NCBI GenBank assembly: GCA_043801595.1
Contig: JAZDLW010000022.1
Location: 5,526 to 69,525, forward strand
Direction: 5' to 3'
DNA length: 64,000 nt
From: Candidatus Aenigmatarchaeota archaeon
GTDB lineage: Archaea > Aenigmatarchaeota > Aenigmatarchaeia > JACPZZ01
This document shows positions 8,336 through 16,081 of this stretch, piece after piece (positions within the stretch are counted from its first letter, which is position 1; every line of letters begins with the position of its first letter). The notes under the pieces are model-generated. The model was given only the letters and a program-made list of their open reading frames with translations, was not told the DNA's origin and searched no databases. The position numbers and the translations under genes were made by a program.

Positions 8336-11131
8336 ATGGTGTTCAGAACACTCGACGATAAATTGCAGGGAATAATCAAGAAGCGCTTTGAGAAGCCGAC
8401 GGAAGCGCAAGCCATGTCCATACCAGCCATAACATCGGGCAAGGATGTCTTATTGATTGCACCGACAGGAATAGGAAAAACTGAAAGCGCAATGATTGGA
8501 ATTTTCAACAGATGGGTTCGAGAGAAACAAAAACCAATAAGCATACTTTACATAACGCCGCTGAGGAGCCTTAACCGCGACTTGTTAAGCAGGCTAAGGT
8601 GGTGGGCGTCCGAATTGGATATGGAAATTGCAGTTCGCCATGGCGATACTACGCAATACGAGCGCGGCAAACAGGCAGCGATGCCTAGCGACATACTGAT
8701 AACAACGCCCGAGACGCTGCAAGCGATGCTAACAGGCTCTGTTCTGCGAAAGAACCTATCGAACATAAGGTTCGTTGTCATAGACGAGGTCCATGAACTG
8801 ATAAACTCGAAGCGCGGCGCGCAATTGAGCATAGGTCTGGAGCGACTCCGAAACCTGACAGGCGATTTCCAGACAGTCGGTTTATCGGCAACAATCGGAA
8901 ACCCCGCTGAAGTTGCGGCGTTTTTAAACGGCGCGAGAAAGTGCGAGATTATAAAATCCGTTGACGCGAAAAAGATGAATATTGTTGTTGAGGCAGTCAA
9001 GACTGAAGACAATGACGCGAAGACGTCGTCGGAACTTCTGGTAGGAATCGATACAGCTGCGAGGCTAAGAAGAATACTGGAGATACTCGGAAAAAGAAAA
9101 TCCGTGATAATATTCACAAACACGCGCGAATTTGCGGAGATACTTAGTTCCAGATTAAAAAAGATAAGCGCTCAGCGGATAGAGACGCACCACGGATCTT
9201 TGGCGAAAGATGTACGGATTGAATTTGAAAAAGGTTTCAAGGACGAGAGCATAAAGGCTTTGGTCGCCACTTCGTCGTTGGAACTGGGCATTGACATCGG
9301 CGCGATAGAAACCGTAATACAGTACCAAAGCCCGAGACAGGTTTCGAAATTAATACAGCGTGTCGGGCGCTCGGGTCATGCGATCGGACGGACGTCAGAA
9401 GGCATTATTCTTGCGACTGGGATCGATGATGCGATAGAGTCGGCGGCGATAGCGAAGCTTGCCTTAAACGGAAAGGTTGAAAAACCGAAGCCGCACAAGC
9501 TTGCAATGGACGTTGTCGCACACCAAATAGTCGGGATGACGCTCGAAACATTTTCAATGAGGATGAAGGACGCTTACGAAACCATTAAGAAATCATACCT
9601 TTACAAGGATCTGGACTACAAGACATTTTTGGCAGTATGCAAACAATTGCAGCAGCTCGGACATGTCTATATCAACGGAGACGTTGTCACGCGGAAAAGG
9701 AACGGATGGAACTACTACTTTGAAAATCTCAGCACAATACCGTCGGTAAAACAATACAGAATATTTGACATGATATCGCGGAAAGGCGTGGGAACGCTGG
9801 ACGACGAATTTATAGCATTGCACGGCCAGGTTGGCACAACATTTGTTGTCAAGGGCCAGTCCTGGAGAATAGTCGATATCGACAATGATATGATAAATGT
9901 GGAGCCGGCCGATGACATTGAAGCCTCCATACCTGCGTGGGAGGGCGAGCTGATTCCTGTTCCGTACGAAGTCGCGCAGGAGGCGCTGAAAATAAAAACA
10001 GAAGTTTCGGCAATGCTTTCCGGCGGTCGCAAAGACGAGGCCGGCGAATTCCTGACAAAGAATTATCCGGTCGATTCGGAAGCGTCGAGCCTGATAATAA
10101 ACGCGCTGAAAAAACAGTCCAAGAATTTCGGCTATGCGCAAAACGAAATCGTCATCGAAACTTTCGGGAACATGACAGTAATACATTCCCATTTCGGATC
10201 GCTGGCGAACGATACGCTCGGGCGGGCGCTGACATTTTATCTTTCCGACAGGATAGGCACGGTCATACTGAAAACCGATCCGTACAGGATAACGCTGAGG
10301 TGCCAGAAGAGTGCAACGAAACACATATTGGATTTCTTCGGCAGTGTCGATGAAAAAGATGTCGAAGTTTATTTGCGGGAAAACATACACCGTTCGGATT
10401 TATTCACGTGGCGGTTCTTCCACAATGCAAAAAGGTTCGGTGCGATTGCGAAGACTGCAGACCTAACGGCGATACCGATGAAAAAGATAGCGGAGATCTA
10501 TCAGGGAACGCCGATATACGAAGAGACAATGAGAGAGATATTTCTCGAAAAGCTGGGTTTCGAAAGGGCTCGGAATGTTCTCAAGGATGTACGAAACGGC
10601 GCGATAAAAATCATACAAGCCGACGGACCTTCGTTGTTCGGAAAGCTGGGCTTGCAAAAGGAATTCGGCGAGGCGATAGGACCGGAGCGACCTGAGACGG
10701 AGATATTGAAAATATTCAAAGACCGCATCAACGAAACGCGCATGAGAATGGTGTGCATGAATTGCGGCAAATGGCTCTGGCTGGGAATGGTTAAAGAATC
10801 GCCGGAAAAATCGAAGTGCGGAAAATGCGGGGCTGCGTTGATAACAGCCATGCGCGAATATGAAAGGTTGACGGAACAGGCTGTGATACGGCGAACAGAA
10901 AAGAAAACGCTGACGCCAGAACAGGAGAAGTTATACGAAGAGGCGCTTAAAGTCGCTGATTTGGTCATGGTAAGCGGCAAAGACGCGGTACGCGCGCTAG
11001 CGGGACGAGGAGTCGGTTATAAAACTGCGGCGAGGATTCTATCAAAGTATCACGCGAATGAGGATGACCTTGCGCGCGAAATTCTAGCAGCCGAGCGCCA
11101 ATACTTTAAAACGAAAAGGTTCTGGAAATAA
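8336..11131 (+). CDS. lhr: Lhr-type large superfamily 2 ATP-dependent helicase
   Basis: 931 aa. Motif I APTGIGKT, motif II VIDEVHEL, motif VI QRVGRSGH. C-terminal Cys4 ribbon CMNCGK...CGKCG. Confidence 0.85.
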   Translation: MVFRTLDDKLQGIIKKRFEKPTEAQAMSIPAITSGKDVLLIAPTGIGKTESAMIGIFNRWVREKQKPISILYITPLRSLNRDLLSRLRWWASELDMEIAVRHGDTTQYERGKQAAMPSDILITTPETLQAMLTGSVLRKNLSNIRFVVIDEVHELINSKRGAQLSIGLERLRNLTGDFQTVGLSATIGNPAEVAAFLNGARKCEIIKSVDAKKMNIVVEAVKTEDNDAKTSSELLVGIDTAARLRRILEILGKRKSVIIFTNTREFAEILSSRLKKISAQRIETHHGSLAKDVRIEFEKGFKDESIKALVATSSLELGIDIGAIETVIQYQSPRQVSKLIQRVGRSGHAIGRTSEGIILATGIDDAIESAAIAKLALNGKVEKPKPHKLAMDVVAHQIVGMTLETFSMRMKDAYETIKKSYLYKDLDYKTFLAVCKQLQQLGHVYINGDVVTRKRNGWNYYFENLSTIPSVKQYRIFDMISRKGVGTLDDEFIALHGQVGTTFVVKGQSWRIVDIDNDMINVEPADDIEASIPAWEGELIPVPYEVAQEALKIKTEVSAMLSGGRKDEAGEFLTKNYPVDSEASSLIINALKKQSKNFGYAQNEIVIETFGNMTVIHSHFGSLANDTLGRALTFYLSDRIGTVILKTDPYRITLRCQKSATKHILDFFGSVDEKDVEVYLRENIHRSDLFTWRFFHNAKRFGAIAKTADLTAIPMKKIAEIYQGTPIYEETMREIFLEKLGFERARNVLKDVRNGAIKIIQADGPSLFGKLGLQKEFGEAIGPERPETEILKIFKDRINETRMRMVCMNCGKWLWLGMVKESPEKSKCGKCGAALITAMREYERLTEQAVIRRTEKKTLTPEQEKLYEEALKVADLVMVSGKDAVRALAGRGVGYKTAARILSKYHANEDDLAREILAAERQYFKTKRFWK

Positions 11132-11249
11132 GCTTTTTGGGACAACGGAAAACCGAAGTTTTCAACGGAAACCAGTGGTTTCCGTGCACAGAAAACAAAT
11201 GTGTTTTCTGTGCCGTGCATAGGAAACCGTTGTTTCCTATGAAAAGCTT
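11130..11249 (+). repeat. Multi-hairpin intergenic element, long four-hairpin form (120 nt)
   Basis: Closing stem AAGCTTTT/AAAAGCTT, overlapping the lhr stop codon. Hairpins GAAAAC-cgaa-GTTTTC, ACGGAAACC-agt-GGTTTCCGT, CACAGAAAACA-aatg-TGTTTTCTGTG, CATAGGAAAC-cgtt-GTTTCCTATG. Confidence 0.85.
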
Positions 11250-11292
11250 AAGCAAAAATGGAAAGGTCAAGTAAAATATAATGGGAAAAGTT

Positions 11293-12435
11293 TCATTTTC
11301 CCGCGACTATTTTTATCACATCGCCTTTTTTCAGCGGGCGTCCTTCTCCAATTCGCATTTTCGTGCGACCATCTATTGCGGTTATGAAGTTTTTGGCGAG
11401 GTCGGTATGTACGATCGAAGCGAATTCCTTGGCTGTTGTACCCTTTGGAACGAGGTACACGTCCGGTAATACGCGTCCGCGTGAATCTGACCAGCTGTTT
11501 TCATTTTCAACAGGATAAACCTCGATCAATCCAAGAAGGCTGAATACAGCTTCATCGATACACTTCTGAATTCCGGTCGAGCCGTATTTGTTTATGAATT
11601 CTTTTATTTTATTTAGAACCGCGGATTGTGCGCTGCTGGCGTTTTGCGATATCGAAATTTCCCGTGTGTTTTCGTTGTACGTTGCCAGCTTTTTTTCCGA
11701 AGCGAGCCTTAATGCAATTTCCATTTCAGCCGAACACGGAACTATTTTATTTCCGACGTCTTTTGATGCGCGTTCCAGATTGTTTTTCGACTCTGGAAGA
11801 TCCATTTTATTCGCTGCTATGAGCATCGGTTTTGTCCGCATGAGGATAAGATGAGCAAGTTTTTTTGCGTCATTTCCAGCATCTTTGACACATTGTTTTA
11901 GCACTTCCTCACGCGGGGTGAATCCTGAAAGCTGTTTCACTATCAGCGATGCGTCAGTTTTTGCGCTTACCCTTCCAATTATTCCCGCGATCCATAATTC
12001 CAGTTCTTCCTTCAGCCATTTTATGTCCGATGCCGGGTCATGATTATCCGTAGGCAGTCCGTTTTCGTCGGTTGTGCCGCTCATGTCAACAACATGGATC
12101 AACGCGTCCGCCTGGCGCAGATCGTCGAGAAATTTGTTTCCTTTTCCGCGACCTTCGTGCGCACCGGGAACAAGGCCGGCGACGTCAATGATCTTGATCG
12201 GTATTAGCCTTGTCCCATCCATGCATTGCGAGTTGTTCGGGTCGCACTTCCTGCCAAGCTCTTTGTGCGGGCATACCGCTTTTACAAAAGCGACGCCTTT
12301 GTTCGGGTCGATGGTCGTGAAAGGATACGAAGCGATCTTCACGTCCATCATTGTCAGGGCTTTAAAAAAAGACGACTTGCCGCTCGACGGTTTTCCTACC
12401 AGTCCTATTAACATTGACCAACAATCCTTTGCCAT
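11293..12435 (-). CDS. P-loop GTPase of the YchF/OLA1/DRG group with C-terminal TGS domain
   Basis: G1 GLVGKPSSGKSS, G3 DVAGLVPGA, NKMD. C-terminal TGS-like PLKKGDVIKIV. The start may be the internal Met at 12414. Confidence 0.8.
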   Translation of the reverse strand: MAKDCWSMLIGLVGKPSSGKSSFFKALTMMDVKIASYPFTTIDPNKGVAFVKAVCPHKELGRKCDPNNSQCMDGTRLIPIKIIDVAGLVPGAHEGRGKGNKFLDDLRQADALIHVVDMSGTTDENGLPTDNHDPASDIKWLKEELELWIAGIIGRVSAKTDASLIVKQLSGFTPREEVLKQCVKDAGNDAKKLAHLILMRTKPMLIAANKMDLPESKNNLERASKDVGNKIVPCSAEMEIALRLASEKKLATYNENTREISISQNASSAQSAVLNKIKEFINKYGSTGIQKCIDEAVFSLLGLIEVYPVENENSWSDSRGRVLPDVYLVPKGTTAKEFASIVHTDLAKNFITAIDGRTKMRIGEGRPLKKGDVIKIVAGK

Positions 12436-13130
12436 CGTGTGCAGAACGGCGTATCAAACGATACGACATTCGCATAGCTTTTTGATTTTGACACTTCGAT
12501 ACAGCTTCCGAGCGTACCTATGCCCTTTCCGTCGGCGAAAGCGCGCGCGGCATGTCTTTTGAAAATTATTTTCACGGATCCTGAAAAAACGACCGGTTTG
12601 TTAAAGCCGTGCGGGTTGAGAGGCGTAAAAACTAAGCTCTCCGAGCTTCGATCTATTATCGGCCCGCCCGCTGATATGTTGTACGCTGTTGATCCTGCGG
12701 GCGTTGATATTACGCCGCCGTCGGCTATGACGTTTTTGTAAAAGAGCGAATTGTTTACAAAAACGTCAAAACGCAGCGCCTTTTCGGTGAGGCGGAAAAA
12801 ACCTATTTCATTGAAACTTGTAAATTTTTTATTATCAGTTCGGCCGTCGATCATGCAGAATTTTACGAGTGAAAATTCCCCCCTACCCAGCTTTTCGGTT
12901 ATCCGATCAATATCCGACAAATCCGCTTCTGCCAAGACGCCCTTGCTTTCGTCGGCACGAATGCAAAGAACCGGAACACCGCTTTTCGAAGCCTTTGTCA
13001 TGGCTTTCAGGAATGTGCCGTCGCCGCCTATTGCCACGATGAGGTCTCCAGGCGTGTTTTTCAGGGATTTATCAATAACCCCAGTAATATTCTTATGTTT
13101 TGTTTTGTCACCAAACATCGAAATGCGCAT
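12408..13130 (-). CDS. nadK: NAD(+) kinase
   Basis: GGDGTFL and ISTPAGSTAYNISAGGPI motifs. 240 aa. Confidence 0.85.
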   Translation of the reverse strand: MRISMFGDKTKHKNITGVIDKSLKNTPGDLIVAIGGDGTFLKAMTKASKSGVPVLCIRADESKGVLAEADLSDIDRITEKLGRGEFSLVKFCMIDGRTDNKKFTSFNEIGFFRLTEKALRFDVFVNNSLFYKNVIADGGVISTPAGSTAYNISAGGPIIDRSSESLVFTPLNPHGFNKPVVFSGSVKIIFKRHAARAFADGKGIGTLGSCIEVSKSKSYANVVSFDTPFCTRWQRIVGQC

Positions 13131-13171
13131 AAACTAATGATGACTTGCAATAATTAATAAGTGTGGTTTAA

Positions 13172-13672
13172 ATGAAAACACCCATATGCTCAATATGCTT
13201 GCAATCGGACATACTCTGCCAAAGCTGCAGCAACAACGTAGCGTCGGGCAGGTTAAGCAGGGAAGGCGCGGATATAATCAAAAAACTCTACCAGATGTCA
13301 AAGGAAATAAAATCCCTGGCAAACGTGACTGTTGAAAAGGTGCTTACCTTTGAAAGCCTTGTTGTCATCATTGTGCCGAAGCGTGATGTTCCCGGCATAG
13401 TCGGAAAAGAGGGGCGCATTGCGATAGAGGTTAAAAGACAGTTTGGAAAGCAGATCAAGGTTGTCGGCGACGGCGATTACAAAACAATGATTTCCGGATT
13501 GATGTATCCTGCCAAAATCGAAAGCATAGGAAAACTTTATTCAAACGGCAAAGAAAGCCTGAAAATAAATTTGCGAAGAGGCGAGCTGAGAAACTTGCCG
13601 GCAAGAAAAGAGGATTTGTTGAAGGCTGCCGAAGAGATATCCGGACGTGAATCGGTTATTTCTGTCAATTAA
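13172..13672 (+). CDS. Zinc-ribbon plus KH-domain RNA-binding protein
   Basis: N-terminal CSIC-x7-CQSC. KH GxxG core VPGIVGKEGRIAIEVKRQFGKQIKVV. Confidence 0.6.
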   Translation: MKTPICSICLQSDILCQSCSNNVASGRLSREGADIIKKLYQMSKEIKSLANVTVEKVLTFESLVVIIVPKRDVPGIVGKEGRIAIEVKRQFGKQIKVVGDGDYKTMISGLMYPAKIESIGKLYSNGKESLKINLRRGELRNLPARKEDLLKAAEEISGRESVISVN

Positions 13673-14043
13673 TGCCTGTAATGGTTTTCGAGTATGTCAA
13701 GTTTTTCGCTCAACACCTTGAGCTGCGCTTTCACAGTTTCTATTTCTGCGAGAATAAGATCGATTTTCGGGCTTGACGACGGCTGCTCCGGCTGCGCGTA
13801 CTGCGGTGCGAATTCCTGTGCAGGCCTCTGCGGAAGCGGGAACTGTTTTTCGGCGGGTATCTGAGGTTCTCGTATCATGTCAACCGGCGGGCGCGTCTGG
13901 CGGTCGTCGTAGCGAGACTCATAGGAATTTATGGCCTGTTCTGACGGTAGTTTTATCGGCGCCATGCTTTCCTTTACGCCTTCAAGCGACGGTTTCGCAG
14001 AAAATTTGCGCAGCGCGTTTGCGACCGAATCGATAAAACTCAT
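13669..14043 (-). CDS. Hypothetical P/Q-rich protein with C-terminal coiled coil
   Basis: 124 aa. PQRPAQEFAPQYAQPEQP linker followed by LILAEIETVKAQLKVLSEKLDILE. 4-nt overlap with the upstream gene. Confidence 0.5.
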   Translation of the reverse strand: MSFIDSVANALRKFSAKPSLEGVKESMAPIKLPSEQAINSYESRYDDRQTRPPVDMIREPQIPAEKQFPLPQRPAQEFAPQYAQPEQPSSSPKIDLILAEIETVKAQLKVLSEKLDILENHYRH

Positions 14044-14534
14044 CTTTGCTCCCTCTCCGGCATGTTAAAGGCTTTTCTTAAATCGTTCAGGGCCATTGTC
14101 ATCCTTTCCTCATTGCGGCGCAACATTCCAATCCTGTGGTTTTTGTAAAAATAATTCATGTAAAGAAGCAGCATCAGTTTTACCAAAACATTCGAGTATT
14201 CGAATTCGGTTCTCAGCTGGCAGTAAATAATCATTCTCACAGTTCCCTGTTTTGTTTCGGAATGCTGCTTTCCCTGATAGCGCACGTTAATCATCATGTC
14301 CGTGAACCCGTCCTCTTCACGTTTCATTTCGACTTCGGTGAAAAAGGTGCGAACAACATCGGTTATATCCCAGCGCAGATCTTTTTGCGTCCAGCGCGTA
14401 CCGCTTATTTCAAAATACTGCCTTAACAGCGAAGTCGCCTGGTTCACCATTTTCCACGGCTCCGCACCAGTGTAAACCATTTCAAGTTCCTTGTGAGGTG
14501 CAAATAAGTCGTCCGCGATAATCCATTTTCCCAT
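14040..14534 (-). CDS. Hypothetical protein, paralog of 14547-15059
   Basis: 164 aa. Shares Y-x-GA-x-P, RWD/KWD, LRTE(F/Y) and FYK...L..AF blocks with the neighbouring gene. Confidence 0.55.
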   Translation of the reverse strand: MGKWIIADDLFAPHKELEMVYTGAEPWKMVNQATSLLRQYFEISGTRWTQKDLRWDITDVVRTFFTEVEMKREEDGFTDMMINVRYQGKQHSETKQGTVRMIIYCQLRTEFEYSNVLVKLMLLLYMNYFYKNHRIGMLRRNEERMTMALNDLRKAFNMPEREQR

Positions 14535-14546
14535 TCAAACCATTCC

Positions 14547-15059
14547 TTACGCAACGCGGAATTCTTCGAACGCTTTCTTGATCTCTATTTCCATGTTCCT
14601 TATCAGCGCCCGGCCTTCGTGCAGATATTTCAGGCGCTGGGTTTTGTAAAATATCGTGTGCCACAACATCCTGATCATTTCATAGAAAACGCTTCTTTGC
14701 CACAAAGTGTCCTGCGGGTATTCAGTTCGCAGGGTTCCGAATAGCCTTACACGCGCGTTTCCTTCGCCCTTTGTGCTCTGGCCTATCAATTCGACGGACA
14801 TCCTAAAATACGTGAACCTGTCAAGAGGCTTGCTGATTTCCCAGAAAACATCGAATTTTTGCGTATCCCCAACATTGTCCCATTTGAACGTCCTTTCCTG
14901 AACCTGCCCGCGGTCAACGCCGTAGATTAGGGGTATCAACTCTGACAATCGCGGATAGAACCGCTCAGGCTTCGCTCCTCTGTAGTTAAGAACTAAATAG
15001 TACGGGTCAAACCTGATGAACGGATCCTCGATAACTAGTTTTGTCCTTGCAATTACCAT
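14547..15059 (-). CDS. Hypothetical protein, paralog of 14040-14534
   Basis: 170 aa. First gene of the leftward arm of a divergent gene pair. Confidence 0.55.
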   Translation of the reverse strand: MVIARTKLVIEDPFIRFDPYYLVLNYRGAKPERFYPRLSELIPLIYGVDRGQVQERTFKWDNVGDTQKFDVFWEISKPLDRFTYFRMSVELIGQSTKGEGNARVRLFGTLRTEYPQDTLWQRSVFYEMIRMLWHTIFYKTQRLKYLHEGRALIRNMEIEIKKAFEEFRVA

Positions 15060-15109
15060 GCTTCACACTTCACTTTATTATTTAATCTTCTGCCTTAAAA
15101 TCTAATTAT

Positions 15110-15670
15110 ATGCCCGAAGAGTCCTTAATAATCAAGTCAATATTGGGTTCTGCAGCAATAATCGCGCTGGTTCTTTTCTTCCTTACAGGCGGGTTAAAGG
15201 GCATTGCCGATGCATTCTCGTTGCTAAGCATAGCGATTGGCCTGTTGATAATCGTTGCGCTGTACCTTGCTGAGAGCGGAAGTGAGCATGCCATGATCGG
15301 AACCACGCTGGCGTCCGTACTGATAATCGGCGGCCTGCTCGTACTGCTCAACTCCGGATTGTTGAGTCTTGGCGTTATTTTCCTTGTGCTTCTGGCAGTT
15401 TTGTTTGTTGCTCCAGGGGTTAAGAATGAGGGAGGCAAGGAATGGGCAATACTGATAGCAACGTTTGTTGTGCTGTTATTTCTATCAAGTGCGCAGGGGT
15501 TATTGCCAAGCATACTCAGGGCGTTTAGCCTTGTAATACTCGCAGCGGGCATTTTAACCATAATCTTCTTTATGAGAGTAAGGGAAAAGGAAATACAGGG
15601 CATAACGTCAGCAGGCCTGATGATCGGGACAGTACTGGTATTGCTTGGCTTGTACCTTGTGTTGTTTTAG
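15110..15670 (+). CDS. Polytopic membrane protein (about 6 TM), unknown function
   Basis: 186 aa, almost entirely hydrophobic helices. The mirror ORF on the minus strand was rejected. Confidence 0.6.
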   Translation: MPEESLIIKSILGSAAIIALVLFFLTGGLKGIADAFSLLSIAIGLLIIVALYLAESGSEHAMIGTTLASVLIIGGLLVLLNSGLLSLGVIFLVLLAVLFVAPGVKNEGGKEWAILIATFVVLLFLSSAQGLLPSILRAFSLVILAAGILTIIFFMRVREKEIQGITSAGLMIGTVLVLLGLYLVLF

Positions 15671-15679
15671 GCGTAAACC

Positions 15680-15865
15680 ATGTTCGAATTAACGTCGTTT
15701 GACAGGATATTCCTGAAGGTTTTGGGAACAATATTGATAGTTTTGGGAGCTTTCATGGGCGCTTTCTTCCCGGCAAGGGATTACGAGCCGAAATTCAGAT
15801 TCATGGGAATACTTGTGCCCGGCACAATGCTGATCATAGGCCTTTACCTTTGGGCGGCCAGCTAA
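15680..15865 (+). CDS. Small two-TM membrane protein
   Basis: 61 aa. LKVLGTILIVLGAFMGAFF ... ILVPGTMLIIGLYLWAA. Confidence 0.5.
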   Translation: MFELTSFDRIFLKVLGTILIVLGAFMGAFFPARDYEPKFRFMGILVPGTMLIIGLYLWAAS

Positions 15866-15910
15866 ACGATACTTTTTTACCAGACGGGCATAATAATATT
15901 CTAGATAGCA

Positions 15911-16075
15911 ATGGTTTTCGAGAAATTGGCAGGGTTATTGCTCATTGCAACAGGATTCCTTCTGATATTGTACTTTCCGGATGTAAAGGATCTTGAGGTG
16001 CCGGGCTTTAACTGGGTTGCAATCTTTATCGGCCTTTTCCTGCTGGTTGTCGGGATAAGGCTGTTGTTAGGGTGA
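15911..16075 (+). CDS. Small two-TM membrane protein (below the ORF-track cutoff)
   Basis: Hand-translated 54 aa: MVFEKLAGLLLIATGFLLILYFPDVKDLEVPGFNWVAIFIGLFLLVVGIRLLLG. Same architecture as 15680-15865. Stop lies 6 nt before the next ATG. Confidence 0.4.
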   Translation: MVFEKLAGLLLIATGFLLILYFPDVKDLEVPGFNWVAIFIGLFLLVVGIRLLLG

Positions 16076-16081
16076 AACTCC

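Noticed and set aside
9593-10390. 265-aa antisense ORF (and several others) inside the lhr helicase gene
   Set aside because: It lies entirely within a confidently identified helicase gene on the opposite strand, and its Arg/Phe/Cys-rich composition is typical of shadow ORFs.
14040-15059. Idea that the two paralogous ~165-aa proteins are twin capsid proteins of an integrated virus
   Set aside because: No packaging ATPase, integrase, att-like repeats or other viral hallmarks lie nearby, and the composition matches the rest of the window.
15106-15603. 165-aa minus-strand mirror ORF of the 6-TM membrane gene
   Set aside because: The plus-strand product has regular TM helices and continues into a co-directional operon. 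The mirror frame is Ser/Asn/Ile-rich without structure.
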